Part shown: piece after piece, positions 9,605 through 20,194 of the stretch
Layout of the letters: every line of letters starts with the position of its first letter
How positions within the stretch are numbered: the stretch's first letter is position 1
Source: Alphaproteobacteria bacterium
Lineage (GTDB): Bacteria; Pseudomonadota; Alphaproteobacteria; MPNO01; UBA830
Assembly: GCA_965243135.1 (NCBI GenBank)
Contig: OZ251539.1
Span: forward strand, 2,720,001-2,784,000
DNA length: 64,000 nucleotides
Direction of reading: 5' to 3'
Position numbers and translations under genes: made by a program
The notes under the pieces: generated by a model
Told to the model about the DNA's origin: nothing
The model's database searches: none
The model's input: only the letters and a program-made list of their open reading frames with translations

Positions 9605-10765
9605 ATGAAGCGCGGCGACGGGCGAATTCTGACCACCCATGTCGGCAGCCTGCCGAGACCGGGGCGGCTGATCGAAACGATGATCGCGGAGGATCGGGGC
9701 GTCGCCATCGATCGCGAGGCTCGCGACGCCGAGCTGAGGGCGGCGGTCGACGAGGTCGTCGCTCGCCAAGTCTCGACGGGGATAGACATCGTCGACGACG
9801 GCGAATTCTCGAAACGGGGTTTTTCCGTTTACGCCAACGAACGGCTGGCGGGCTACGAAATTCGGCCGAAGCGGAGGGGCATCCCGTGGGCCGGCTCGCG
9901 CGAGGCGCTGGCGTTTCCGGAGTTCTACGAGGCCGCGCTGCCTCGCGGTTCGGCGCCGCGAGCGGAGGAGGCGGTCTGCACGGGTCCGGTTTCGTACAAG
10001 GGGCAGGCCCAGCTTGCGCGGGACATTGCGAACCTGCGGGCGGCCGTCGACGCTCACGGGGCGGAAGAAGCGTTCGTTCCCGCGATCTCGCCGGTCGACG
10101 TCGCGGGCAACCAGAAGAACGAGCATTACGCGACATCGGAAGACTTTCTTTACGCGGTCGCCGACGCCATGAGGGAAGAATACCGAGCCATCGTGGATGC
10201 GGGGTTTGTCCTGCAGATCGACGATCCGCATCTGGTAACCCACTACGTCAAGACTCCGGGCCTGGAACTGACCGATTACCGCAAATGGGCGGAAGCGCAG
10301 GTGGAAGCGATAAACTATTCCCTCGACGGCATTCCCGAAGAGCGGGTTCGCTATCATACCTGCTACGGAATCAACATGGGGCCGAGGGTTCACGAGGTGG
10401 AACTCGGCTGGGTCCTGGATATCGTGCTCCGGGTCAGGGCCGGAAGCTATTCGTTCGAAGCGGCCAATCCGCGCCACGAACACGAATGGCGGCTGTGGGA
10501 GAACGCGCGCTTGCCGGACGGCAAGGCGCTGATTCCCGGAGTGATCACCCATTCGTCGGTGCTCGTCGAACATCCGGAACTCGTGGCCGAGCGCATCCGG
10601 CGCTTTGCCGGGCTGGTCGGCCGGGACAACGTGATCGCGGGCGGCGATTGCGGGTTCGGGACCCAGGCCAGCGCCGAGCCGGAGATCGATCCCGCCATCG
10701 TCTGGGCGAAACTGGAGGCTCTGGCCGAAGGAGCTCGCATCGCCACTTCCGATCTGTGGCCGTAG
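9605..10765 (+). CDS. Cobalamin-independent methionine synthase II family protein (epoxyalkane:CoM transferase-like)
   Basis: TTHVGSLPRP, DGE, LQIDDP, HTCYG, DCGF zinc ligands. Confidence 0.92.
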   Translation: MKRGDGRILTTHVGSLPRPGRLIETMIAEDRGVAIDREARDAELRAAVDEVVARQVSTGIDIVDDGEFSKRGFSVYANERLAGYEIRPKRRGIPWAGSREALAFPEFYEAALPRGSAPRAEEAVCTGPVSYKGQAQLARDIANLRAAVDAHGAEEAFVPAISPVDVAGNQKNEHYATSEDFLYAVADAMREEYRAIVDAGFVLQIDDPHLVTHYVKTPGLELTDYRKWAEAQVEAINYSLDGIPEERVRYHTCYGINMGPRVHEVELGWVLDIVLRVRAGSYSFEAANPRHEHEWRLWENARLPDGKALIPGVITHSSVLVEHPELVAERIRRFAGLVGRDNVIAGGDCGFGTQASAEPEIDPAIVWAKLEALAEGARIATSDLWP

Positions 10766-10914
10766 GCTGAACGGCGCCCGTGGGGAGATGGGCCATGCGC
10801 AACCAGGCCGCCGGCCGCGAATGAACTCTTTCGCGAATCGAAGACTTCGCGGCGGCGCTCGCCGTTCGAGAATTCCAGAACGCGACGCCGAGATCCGCCC
10901 CGTATCGCGTCGTT

Positions 10915-11134
10915 TTCAATGCGCGCCGTTCGAACCCGGAAAGGTTATGTCGCGCGCGGCGCAAGGTTCGGGTGCACCGCACTCAGAGTCGCATGCTGCC
11001 GGGCGGACATGCTTTCGTACTGACTTCAATGCGCGCCGTTCGAACCCGGAAAGGTTATGTCGCGCGCGGCGCAAGGTTCGGGTGCACCGCACTCAGAGTC
11101 GCATGCTGCCGGGCGGACATGCTTTCGTACTGAC
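10915..11134. repeat. Perfect 110-bp tandem duplication (2 copies)
   Basis: 10915-11024 is identical to 11025-11134 (ttcaatgcgcgcc...cgtactgac). Confidence 0.95.
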
Positions 11135-11354
11135 GGTCGGCCGTCCGCACGGCCCTCGCGGACTTGTCGGCGGACGGAGTGCCGGTCGCCGAGCGGACGG
11201 CAAAGAATCGGCGCGGCGCGAACGCTTCTCGCTTCGGCGGCGACGGTCTTTTCCATGTCGTGATATCGAGCGAATCGTCGGCAGCGATTCTTCCGGCGGG
11301 TCTCGGGTAAGAATCCCAACTCCGCGGCCGAGCGTTTTCGCGGGTCCGCCCGCT

Positions 11355-11678
11355 TCAGCGGCGCTTGTCGAAAAACGCGAAAAGTTCCTCGGAGGTCCGA
11401 CTGACGGCGACGTGGGCCGTCGCTTCCTGAAACCGTTCGGGGTCGACGATGCCGTCGAGCATGGATTTCAAGCGTTCTCCCGCTTCGTCGCCGAACCGTT
11501 CGGCCGCAAGCCTGGCCATGAGTTCGCGGTTCAAAGCCATGGACGCCTCGGCCCTTGCGTCGGACGCCTCGGCTCTTGCGTCGAACGCCTCGGCCCTTTC
11601 CACGGCCGCGTCGGCTCTTGCGTCGGCCGCAAGCGCCCTTTCCACGGCCGCATCGTAATGTTGAGCGAATCCGGTCAT
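11355..11678 (-). CDS. Stand-alone Rpn C-terminal module (107 aa; RpnS-like candidate antitoxin)
   Basis: MTGFAQHY...FFDKRR, preceded by GAAGGA; near-identical to the C-terminus of 12052..13551. Confidence 0.65.
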   Translation of the reverse strand: MTGFAQHYDAAVERALAADARADAAVERAEAFDARAEASDARAEASMALNRELMARLAAERFGDEAGERLKSMLDGIVDPERFQEATAHVAVSRTSEELFAFFDKRR

Positions 11679-11734
11679 CGATCCTTCAAGTGCAGTCTCT
11701 GGCAAGAAGTTCCACGGCCCCAAAATCGCCCGCT

Positions 11735-11995
11735 TCAGCGGCGCTTGTCGAAAAACGCGAAAAGTTCATCGGAGGTCAGACTGTCGGCGACATGCGCCGT
11801 CGCTTCCTGAAATCGTTCGGGGTCGACGATGCCGTCGAGCATGGATTTCAAGCGTTCTCCCGCTTCGGCGCCGAACCTTTCGGCCGCAAGCTTGGCCACG
11901 AGTTCGCGGCTCAAAGCCACGGCCGCGTCGGCCCTCGCGTCGGACGCAAGCGCCCTTTCCACGGCCGCATCGTAATGTTGAGCGAATCCGGTCAT
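11735..11995 (-). CDS. Stand-alone Rpn C-terminal module (86 aa; RpnS-like candidate antitoxin)
   Basis: As for 11355..11678, with fewer 7-aa heptads. Confidence 0.65.
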   Translation of the reverse strand: MTGFAQHYDAAVERALASDARADAAVALSRELVAKLAAERFGAEAGERLKSMLDGIVDPERFQEATAHVADSLTSDELFAFFDKRR

Positions 11996-12051
11996 CGATC
12001 CTTCAAGTGCAGTCTCTGGCAAGAAGTTCCACGGCCCCAAAATCGCCCGCT

Positions 12052-13551
12052 TCAGCGGCGCTTGTCGAAAAACGCGAAAAGTTCATCGGAGGTCAGACTG
12101 TCGGCGACATGCGCCGTCGCTTCCTGAAATCGTTCGGGGTCGACGATGCCGTCGAGCACGGATTTCAAGCGTTCTCCCGCTTCGGTGCCGAACCTTTCGG
12201 CCGCTAGCTTGGCCACGAGTTCGCGGTTCAAAGCCATGGACGCCTCGGCCCTCGCGTCGGACGCCTCGGCCCTCGCGTCGGACGCAAGTGCCCTTTCCAC
12301 GGCCGCATCGTAATGTTGAGCGAATCCGGTCATCAGTATCGATCCTTCAAGTGCAGTCTCAGGGAACCATTCTGACCCGAGCGCCGTCATTGTCAACAGA
12401 AGATGGCGCAACGGTTCGTCCACCGGCAGAAGCCTGTCAAGCTCCTCGCAGGCGCGCAACGTGTCGGCGGGGTCGCCTTGATGCAGCCGGAAATAAGCCG
12501 CCGCGGGATTGTCTTGGTACGCGGAATAGTCCATCCGTTGGACGTCGTGCACCACATACCGCGCCGGCGTTCTGTAGGGCTCGAGGAAGGCATGCTTCGG
12601 CGGAGCTATCAGCCTTTCCGCGTCGTCGGCTGCATTCCAGGCGTCGGCTCCCGTGTGGACGACGACCGGAACGGTGAACGGAACCCGGTCGTCGGCATCC
12701 AGGAGATCCTTGTGGTTCCGTCGGATGGTTCTTGTGAGTTCGATCCGGTAGGACGCCATCCGTTCCGCCATAGCGCGGTCGACAGCGGATTGGAACTCGA
12801 CGATGAAGGAAAGCGGCTCTGAGTCCTGCGGTTCGAGGACCAAGATCATATCGCTGCGGAGGGCACGGCTGAGCGAGTGGGACACGAGTTCCCCGTCGAT
12901 GCGTCGAATGGCCGCGTCTTCCGGCACCAGATCGGCCGGCAGGACAGTCCGCAGCAGGCCCCGCGCCATTACGGGATACCCGAAAACGAACCGGGCTATC
13001 GCGTCGTGCGGATAACGTCCCGGCCTGCCCAGCATCCGCAGCGGGGTCCGGTCTCGCGGGTCCTTGAGAGCAGGGTTCCCGCCGCATCCGACCAAAGCGA
13101 CGAACGCGGCGTAGTTCTCGTTGCGGGCGGCGTAGTGAAGCGGCGAGAACCCCCGATTGTCCGCGGCGTCGAGACCGGCGCCCGCCGCGGCCAGAGCCTC
13201 GATGGCGGCCGCATTCCCGTCGCGGGCAGCGTAGTGAAGCGCCGTTCGCCCGTTCCGGTCCCCGGCGTCGAGGCCGGCGCCCGCCGCGGCCAGAGCCTCG
13301 ATGGCGGCCGCGTTCCCGTAGCGAGCGGCGTAGTGAAGCGCCGTTCGCCCGTTCCGGTCCCCGGCGTCGAGGCCGGCGCCCGCCGCGGCCAAGGAAGCGA
13401 TGTGCGCCGCGCCCTTTTTCGGGACCCTGGCGGCGTAATGGAGAAGGGTCCGGCCCTTTCGGTCTTTCGGGTTGTTGTGCCGACGGAACAATTCGACGAT
13501 GAATTCTGGGGACCCCGTCCTGACGGCGGCGGCGAGCTGTCGTTTCTTCAT
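12052..13551 (-). CDS. Ankyrin-repeat + Rpn/YhgA-family PD-(D/E)XK nuclease fusion
   Basis: Four ankyrin-type 'GRTALHYAA' repeats (two are near-exact 99-bp copies), then Rpn motifs 'HDAIARFVF', 'LRSDMIL', 'IVEFQSAVDRAMAERM', 'VPVVVHTGADAW'. Confidence 0.88.
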   Translation of the reverse strand: MKKRQLAAAVRTGSPEFIVELFRRHNNPKDRKGRTLLHYAARVPKKGAAHIASLAAAGAGLDAGDRNGRTALHYAARYGNAAAIEALAAAGAGLDAGDRNGRTALHYAARDGNAAAIEALAAAGAGLDAADNRGFSPLHYAARNENYAAFVALVGCGGNPALKDPRDRTPLRMLGRPGRYPHDAIARFVFGYPVMARGLLRTVLPADLVPEDAAIRRIDGELVSHSLSRALRSDMILVLEPQDSEPLSFIVEFQSAVDRAMAERMASYRIELTRTIRRNHKDLLDADDRVPFTVPVVVHTGADAWNAADDAERLIAPPKHAFLEPYRTPARYVVHDVQRMDYSAYQDNPAAAYFRLHQGDPADTLRACEELDRLLPVDEPLRHLLLTMTALGSEWFPETALEGSILMTGFAQHYDAAVERALASDARAEASDARAEASMALNRELVAKLAAERFGTEAGERLKSVLDGIVDPERFQEATAHVADSLTSDELFAFFDKRR

Positions 13552-14054
13552 TCTTCCGATCCCTGCTTGCGACTGTCGTGCGCTCAATGTTTCCGAACTC
13601 CGTTTCCGCCCCTGAGAAGCGGACCGCGGACCGCCGCCGAGGCGCGGCCCGCAGGCTTCGTCGCAGCCGAACGCCGGACATCGTCCGTCCGGCAAGGCTG
13701 CGGCTGCGTTCGCCTTAATGCCATGAAACGGCGGAACCGTCAAGGGGGAAATTCGCCGACGAAGCATCGAGGGTTCGGCGGCGCCGGAAGACGCGTTCCG
13801 GCATTCCCGGCGGTTCCGACGACGACGGATTCTTTCGAAGCGCGCTGGCGTCCCGCGAAAATCCCGCGTTCCCGCCGTTCGGGTCGTCTCCGCTCGCCCT
13901 TCGGAGACGCTTGCCTGGACGCCGCGCAGCCGGCCTGAACCGGAAAGATCGTCCGGCGCCCTGACGCCGCGACCGCGTTCCGCAGGCTTGACAGCCGTTT
14001 CCAGGGGGCGTAAACGTCGGGCCGACGAGGGCCCAATTTTTCGAGATCCGCAAG

Positions 14055-14345
14055 ATGTCCAGACGCTGCTCGATGACGGGAAAAGGCGTGATGACCGGCA
14101 ACAATGTCAGTCACGCGCACAACAAGACGCGCCGGCGCTTTCTGCCCAACCTCCAGAACACGTCGCTCCTGTCCGATGCGCTCGGCCGCGTGGTCAGGCT
14201 CAAGCTTTCCGTGCGCGCCATTCGCGCGATCGAGCACAAGGGGGGACTCGACGCCTATCTTCTGGCGACGCCCGACAGGCGGCTGCCGGAGGAGGCTCGC
14301 GCTCTGAAGCGCAAGATAAGGAAGGCGTCGGCAGTCGCCGGCTGA
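14055..14345 (+). CDS. rpmB: 50S ribosomal protein L28
   Basis: [33 protein letters not shown]. Confidence 0.98.
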   Translation: MSRRCSMTGKGVMTGNNVSHAHNKTRRRFLPNLQNTSLLSDALGRVVRLKLSVRAIRAIEHKGGLDAYLLATPDRRLPEEARALKRKIRKASAVAG

Positions 14346-14429
14346 GGGTTCGCCGCTCCACCCGAAGAAACGGCCGCCGGAACTCCGCGCGCAGCGCCTC
14401 CGGCTTTTCAGGAACGCTTGGGCAGCGCC

Positions 14430-16283
14430 CTACGCGGCGCGCCGCCGCCGGCGCAGCGTTTCCGCTTCCTCGTCGAATAGTTCCGCAAGGCTGTCGAGCA
14501 TCGTGCCGCCGAGTTGCTCGGCATCCACGATCGTCACGGCGCGGGTGTAGTAACGGGTGACGTCATGGCCGATGCCGATCGCCGTAAGCTCCGCTTCGGG
14601 ACGTTCCTCGATCATGGCGATCACGTCCCTCAGGTGCTTTTCGAGATAGGTCCCGGAATTGACCGACAGCGTGGAATCGTCGACCGGCGCGCCGTCCGAA
14701 ATCACCATCAGGATCTTTCGCTGTTCCGCGCGCGCCAGCAGGCGTCCGTGGGCCCACAGCAGAGCTTCGCCGTCGATGTTTTCCTTGAGCAAGCCTTCGC
14801 GCAGCATCAGGCCGAGCGACTTGCGCGCCCGGCGCCACGGCGCGTCGGCCGCCTTGTAGACGATGTGGCGCAGGTCGTTGAGCCGTCCGGGATTGGCCGG
14901 CTTGCCGTCGGCGAGCCAGCGCTCCCGCGCCTGTCCGCCTTTCCACGCCCGAGTCGTGAAGCCGAGAATCTCCACCTTGACGCCGCAACGTTCCAGCGTG
15001 CGCGCGAGGATGTCGGCGCTCATGGCGGCGACCGTGATCGGGCGGCCGCGCATCGACCCCGAATTGTCGATCAGCAGGCTTACGACGGTATCGCGAAACT
15101 CCGTTTGCTTTTCGACCTTGTAGGAAAGAGGGTGAAGCGGATTCGTGATCACTCGGGACAACCTTCCCGCGTCGAGCAGCCCTTCCTCCAGGTCGAACTG
15201 CCATGAGCGCGATTGCTGGGCGAGAAGCCGGCGTTGCAACCGGTTGGCGAGGCGTCCGATGACGCCTTGCAAGCTGGAGAGCTGTTGGTCGAGATGATTG
15301 CGCAGCCGGGTCAATTCGTCCGGATCGCAAAGGTCTTCCGCGCCGACGACCTCGTCGAAATCGACGAGGTAGGGACGGTACGGCGGTTGGCGCGGCTGGT
15401 CGGAAAGGCCGTCCGGACGGCGTTGACGCTCCGACCGGTCGCCGTCCTCGTCGCCGGTGCCGGGCATCATTTCCTCCTGCCCTTGCTCCGACATCGATTC
15501 GTCGCCTTCCTCCGCGTCCGCATCCTCCATGTCGGCGCTTTCCGATCCGGCCATCTCGGCGGAAACGCCTTCCGAGTCGTCCGCTTCCGAATCCTCGGAG
15601 TCCTGGTCTTCGGCGCGCTCGCCTTCTTCTCCCTCTTCCCGTTCGGTCGCTTCGGCGTCCTCGTCGATGAGGTCGAGGTCCGCGAGAAGCTCGTTCAGCG
15701 CGTCGGCGTAGGCCTGCTGGTCGGCGACGGCATCGCAGAGCCGTTCGAAACCGAGGTCGATCTTGTCCGTGATCCAGTCGCGCCATAGCCCGACGAGCTG
15801 CCGTCCGCCGTCGGGCAGTTCTTCGCCGGTGAGCGCTTCCCGCACCATCAGACCGAGAGCCTCCGACAGGGGCGCGTCCTCGCGCACGTTGACTCGCGTG
15901 TAGCCGAAGGCGTCGCATCGATCCTCGAGCGCCGTTCGCAGGTTTTCGGCGACGCCTGCCATCATGCGCGCTCCGAGCGCTTCCACGCGGACGCGTTCGA
16001 GGGATTCGAAGACGTTGCGCGCGTTTTCGCTCCTCGGCGCGCGGGTCGCATGGAGATCTTCGTCGTGATATCTGAGGCGCAAGGCCATGGCGTCGGCTTC
16101 GCCGCGCAGGGAAGCTTTCTCGCGGTCCGTGAAGTCGCGCGACGGCATCGGAAGGCGCGCCTGGTTGTCGATCAGCCGGGCCTCCGAACCGTAGGCAAGC
16201 GTGACATCCTCCCGGCCGGCGATGGCGCGCATGGCCGCCGCGGTCACGCGGCGGAATTCCTCGGCGGGCTGATTGTCGCTCAT
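14430..16283 (-). CDS. cobT: Cobaltochelatase subunit CobT
   Basis: Acidic linker and vWA '[14 protein letters not shown]', 'ENIDGEAL', 'ISDGAPVDD'; adjacent to cobS. Confidence 0.96.
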   Translation of the reverse strand: MSDNQPAEEFRRVTAAAMRAIAGREDVTLAYGSEARLIDNQARLPMPSRDFTDREKASLRGEADAMALRLRYHDEDLHATRAPRSENARNVFESLERVRVEALGARMMAGVAENLRTALEDRCDAFGYTRVNVREDAPLSEALGLMVREALTGEELPDGGRQLVGLWRDWITDKIDLGFERLCDAVADQQAYADALNELLADLDLIDEDAEATEREEGEEGERAEDQDSEDSEADDSEGVSAEMAGSESADMEDADAEEGDESMSEQGQEEMMPGTGDEDGDRSERQRRPDGLSDQPRQPPYRPYLVDFDEVVGAEDLCDPDELTRLRNHLDQQLSSLQGVIGRLANRLQRRLLAQQSRSWQFDLEEGLLDAGRLSRVITNPLHPLSYKVEKQTEFRDTVVSLLIDNSGSMRGRPITVAAMSADILARTLERCGVKVEILGFTTRAWKGGQARERWLADGKPANPGRLNDLRHIVYKAADAPWRRARKSLGLMLREGLLKENIDGEALLWAHGRLLARAEQRKILMVISDGAPVDDSTLSVNSGTYLEKHLRDVIAMIEERPEAELTAIGIGHDVTRYYTRAVTIVDAEQLGGTMLDSLAELFDEEAETLRRRRRAA

Positions 16284-16290
16284 CCGGTGT

Positions 16291-17289
16291 TCAGGCCGCC
16301 GTCTGCACCTGCTTCAGTTCGGGAAGATCTTCGCCGAAGCAACGCTGATAGTATTCGGCGACCGTCGCCCGTTCGAGCTCGTCGCACTTGTTCAGGAACG
16401 TCATTCGGAATCCGGTCGCGATGTCTCCGAAGATGTCGGTGTTCTCCGCCCAGGTGATCACCGTCCGGGGCGACATGACCGTCGAAATGTCCCCGGCCAT
16501 GAAGCCCGCCCGCGAGAGGTCGGCGACCCGCACCATCGAATCGATCATCCTGCGGCCGTTCTCGTCGTCGAACTGCGGCGTCTTGGACAGCACGATCGCA
16601 ACCTCCTCCTCGTGCGGGAGGTAGTTCAGCGTCGTCACCAGGTTCCAGCGGTCGAGTTGCCCCTGATTGATCTGTTGGGTGCCGTGGTAAAGGCCGGTCG
16701 TATCGCCCAGCCCGACGGTGTTCGCGGTCGCGAGCAGCCGGAAGGCGGGATGCGGCCGCAGGACCCTGTTCTGGTCGAGCAGCGTCATCCTGCCGTCGGT
16801 TTCGAGGACGCGCTGGATGACGAACATCACGTCCGGGCGTCCGGCGTCGTATTCGTCGAAGACCAGCGCGACGGGATGCTGCAGCGCCCAGGGAAGTATT
16901 CCGTCGCGGAATTCGGTTACCTGCTTGCCGTCGCGGATCACGATCGCATCCTTGCCGATCAGGTCGATCCGGCTGATGTGGCTGTCGAGATTGACGCGCA
17001 CGCAGGGCCAGTTGAGTCGGGCCGCCACCTGTTCGATATGGGTCGATTTTCCGGTGCCGTGATAGCCCTGTATCAGCAGCCGCCGATTGTGGGCGAAGGC
17101 GACGAGGATCGCCAGCGTCGTATCGCGATCGAAGCAATAGGTCGGGTCCATGTCCGGAACGTATTCCGTCGCCCGCCGGAAAGCGGGCACCTCCATGTCC
17201 ATGTCGATGTCGAAGACCCTGCGCGCGGATACGGTCTTATCCGGCCTGTCGATTTCGCTGATGTCAGCACTCTGTTTTGCGGAAGCCAT
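16291..17289 (-). CDS. cobS: Cobaltochelatase subunit CobS
   Basis: [34 protein letters not shown]. Confidence 0.97.
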   Translation of the reverse strand: MASAKQSADISEIDRPDKTVSARRVFDIDMDMEVPAFRRATEYVPDMDPTYCFDRDTTLAILVAFAHNRRLLIQGYHGTGKSTHIEQVAARLNWPCVRVNLDSHISRIDLIGKDAIVIRDGKQVTEFRDGILPWALQHPVALVFDEYDAGRPDVMFVIQRVLETDGRMTLLDQNRVLRPHPAFRLLATANTVGLGDTTGLYHGTQQINQGQLDRWNLVTTLNYLPHEEEVAIVLSKTPQFDDENGRRMIDSMVRVADLSRAGFMAGDISTVMSPRTVITWAENTDIFGDIATGFRMTFLNKCDELERATVAEYYQRCFGEDLPELKQVQTAA

Positions 17290-17327
17290 TCTGTTCCCCG
17301 AACGAAGACGCGGAGGAGCGCGCCGCG

Positions 17328-17831
17328 CTATCGGCTGCCGTTCCTCAAAGTCGCATAGGCGCGATTGACGGACTTTAACCGTTCTTCGGCCCTCTTGTCG
17401 CCCCCGTTCGCGTCGGGGTGCAGTTTTTTGGCGAGAAGCCTATAGCGCCGGCTGACTTCGCCGCGGTCGACCGGCGGTTCGAGGCCCAGCGTCGCGAGCG
17501 CCCGGCGCTCGGCATCGGGCGTCGCGGCGGGAGGCGCGTCCCGGCCGAGCGCGTCGAACGGGTCCCGGAACGGTTCGAAGCGCGGCGGGCGGTCGCCGAG
17601 CGGCCATGTCGGGCGGTTCCAGACGGTATCGTCCTTGATTTGGGCTTCCACCGCATGGCGATCCATGCCCGCGCAGTAGTCCCATGCGGCGTTGTATTCG
17701 CGAACGTGCTTCAGGCAGAAGCTATGGAATTCGCCCGGTCGCCGCGGCGAAACGGGCGCGCGAAATTTTCCGGCGTCGCCGCAGTCGGGATGGTCGCACG
17801 GGCCGTCCTCGTCTCGCATGTCGCTTCGCAT
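17328..17831 (-). CDS. J-domain (DnaJ-like) protein
   Basis: '[15 protein letters not shown]', '[11 protein letters not shown]'; usual position upstream of cobS. Confidence 0.9.
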   Translation of the reverse strand: MRSDMRDEDGPCDHPDCGDAGKFRAPVSPRRPGEFHSFCLKHVREYNAAWDYCAGMDRHAVEAQIKDDTVWNRPTWPLGDRPPRFEPFRDPFDALGRDAPPAATPDAERRALATLGLEPPVDRGEVSRRYRLLAKKLHPDANGGDKRAEERLKSVNRAYATLRNGSR

Positions 17832-18312
17832 AACCGGCGGAGTATGGAGGCTGCGCCCGCGGCCCGCAAGGAGCCGCGGATCATCTCGCGGACGCGGAAC
17901 GAGACGAGCCGACGGCAGCTCGCCGGCGCCTCCGGGACCGGTTCGCCGGAGCGCGTCGCCGCGCCGTTCGGCCGGCAGCCGAAGGAACCGGGCGGCCGAA
18001 CGCTCCTTCGGCGCGGCGAGCGGAAGCACGGCGCCAGCCCTGGCCGGCGAATCGTCCAGGACGACAAGACGATCTCGCCGCCGGGCCGCGCGGCGGTTTC
18101 GACCGGGAAATCCGCCGTTTTCCACGCGCGACAGAGGACGTTCCCGGCCTGCGAAAGCCGTCTTCGGGAGCTTGTGAACGGCAAAGGGCCCCGAACCCGT
18201 TGAGGCGAAGAAGTTCGCATCGTATGATCTCCCGCCGACGAACGGCAGGCGTCGCCGGTCAATCCGCGCGAACGGGAACCTGCGGTCAACGGATTTTCGC
18301 TGCGGAGCGCGA

Positions 18313-18579
18313 ATGACGGTAGCCGAAACCATAAGGAAAAAACTGACGGGGGCCTTCGCGCCGACCCGGCTCGAAATCGTCGACGAATCGCACATGCATG
18401 CCGGACATGCGGGCGCGCGTCCCGAGGGGGAGACTCATTTCCGCGTCGAAATCGCGTCCGAGGCGTTCCGGGGCCGATCGCGCATCGATCGTCAGCGCAT
18501 GATTCACGACGTTCTCGGCGAAGAACTGGCCGGTCCCGTTCACGCGCTCTCGGTGTCGGCGGCGCCGCCGGAGACCTGA
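18313..18579 (+). CDS. bolA: BolA family protein
   Basis: DESHMHAGH, ETHFRV, F.G.SRIDRQR, VHAL. Confidence 0.95.
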   Translation: MTVAETIRKKLTGAFAPTRLEIVDESHMHAGHAGARPEGETHFRVEIASEAFRGRSRIDRQRMIHDVLGEELAGPVHALSVSAAPPET

Positions 18580-18913
18580 ACGTCCGCGACCGTCAGGGGC
18601 GGCCCCGCGACGGGCGCTTCCGGCCGATGCCTTCCAGTTTTCGGAACGAGGGAAGCAGCGCCGGACGCCGCGCGTGGGGCTCGCCACGGCCTCCGCTGCC
18701 CGCACGACGAAGTCGCCGGCGAGGCGCAGCCGCATGCCGCGCAGCGGTTCGCCCGGCTTCGCCTCGCCCCGAAGTCGTCGAGGAACGGCTTCACGTCCGC
18801 AAGGCGGCCGGCGCGTCCCGGAGTCCGTCCGCGCGCCGGAAACTGCAGCGCCCCATGGCGCGGGCCGGCTTTCGCTCCGGTTCGGAGAGGGACATTCGCG
18901 ATTTCCCGTTTCG

Positions 18914-20194
18914 TCATGCGCCGCCGGGCGCGCCGTCGCCGGTCTTCATCGGCTTCATCCGGATCTGCGTGATCCGGTTGCGCTGGCGCCTGACGATTTC
19001 CAGCCGGAAGCCGTGAAAATGGAAGATTTGCCCGGCCTGGGGGATGATCCGCGCTTCGTGGATCACCAGGCCGGCGATGGTCGCGGCCTCCTGATCCGGG
19101 AGGTTCCAGCCGAAGCGGCGGTTGAGGTCGCGCACCGTGACGCCGCCCGAAACCAGGCAGCTTCCGTCGCGCTGGGGGCGGACGCCCACCGGCGCGACGT
19201 CGTGCTCGTCGGAGATCTCGCCGACGATTTCCTCCAGGATGTCTTCGAGCGTCACCACGCCCATGAGGGCCCCGTATTCGTCGACCACCAGCGCGAAATG
19301 CTCGCGCCGCTGCCGGAACGCCTGCAGCTGGTCCAGCAGGTTCGTCGAATCGGGAACGAACCATGGCGGCGTCAGGATGCTCTCGACTTCGATGTCGCCG
19401 GCTTCGCCCGAACGGGCGTGGAGCTCCCGCAGCAGCGCCTTGGCGTGCAGGACGCCGGCTATGTTGTCGGGAGAGTCCCGCCACAGCGGGATCCTGGTGA
19501 ACTGACTCTCGAGCGCCCGTTCGACGATCGCGCCGGCCGGCTGCGACGCGTCGATCATGAAGACGTCGCGGCGGTGTTGCATGATCATGCTGACGTCGAC
19601 GTCCCGCAGGTCCAGAACGCTGTGGAGCATCGCCGTGACGCCGCTCGCCGGATGCAGTTCGATCGCGCCCCTGAGCTCCTCCAGCGTCGCGTTCATGTCG
19701 CGGCCCTCCGCGCGCCGGACCCCCAGCAGGAATTCGCAGGCGCGAAGCGCCCACTGTATCGCCGACATCACGGGGGTCAGCACCCGGACCAGCATCCGGA
19801 AGGTCGGGGCGACGAGCAACGCGACCCTGTCGGGGTTGCGGAACGCGTAGGTCTTGGGCAGCAGTTCGCCGAATATCAGCACGAGCAGCGTCATTGACAG
19901 GGTCGCGTAGACGACGCCGGTTTCTCCGGCCACGCCGATAAGGAGGCTGGTCGCGAGCGCCGAGGCGAGGATGTTGACGAGGTTGTTGCCGAGAAGAATG
20001 GCGCCGATCATTCGGTCCTGTTCTTCCCGCAGCCGGTTCACCAGCCGCGCCCTCCGGTCGCCTTTCACCTCGAGTTGATGCATGCGCGGCCGCGACGCCG
20101 CGGTCAGCGCAGTCTCGGATCCCGAAAAGAAGGCGGAGAGAACGAGCAGCACCAGGATGCCGGCGAGGGTCGCGAGCAGGGGGTAATCCGTCAA
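18914..20194 (-). CDS. HlyC/CorC family CBS-domain transporter
   Basis: SAFFSGSETA, ILLGNNLVNI, GELLPK, VVDEYG, TLEDILEEIVGEI; TTG start overlaps the aroB stop. Confidence 0.93.
   Translation of the reverse strand: MTDYPLLATLAGILVLLVLSAFFSGSETALTAASRPRMHQLEVKGDRRARLVNRLREEQDRMIGAILLGNNLVNILASALATSLLIGVAGETGVVYATLSMTLLVLIFGELLPKTYAFRNPDRVALLVAPTFRMLVRVLTPVMSAIQWALRACEFLLGVRRAEGRDMNATLEELRGAIELHPASGVTAMLHSVLDLRDVDVSMIMQHRRDVFMIDASQPAGAIVERALESQFTRIPLWRDSPDNIAGVLHAKALLRELHARSGEAGDIEVESILTPPWFVPDSTNLLDQLQAFRQRREHFALVVDEYGALMGVVTLEDILEEIVGEISDEHDVAPVGVRPQRDGSCLVSGGVTVRDLNRRFGWNLPDQEAATIAGLVIHEARIIPQAGQIFHFHGFRLEIVRRQRNRITQIRMKPMKTGDGAPGGA

Larger units (their letters stand above)
11348..12360 (-). 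repeat. Three tandem copies of the 3' end of the Rpn gene
   Basis: Units run from 'GAGACTGCACTTGAAGGATCG' to 'AAGCGCCGCTGAAGCGGGCG'; the linker between units is identical. Confidence 0.95.

Noticed and set aside
3024-9608. Long plus-strand ORFs 3024..5699 and 7008..9608
   Set aside because: Antisense shadows of well-supported minus-strand genes in GC-rich DNA; no motifs.
11348-12360. Rpn C-terminal repeats as a diversity-generating retroelement (TR/VR)
   Set aside because: No reverse transcriptase in the window, and differences include heptad indels and non-adenine changes.
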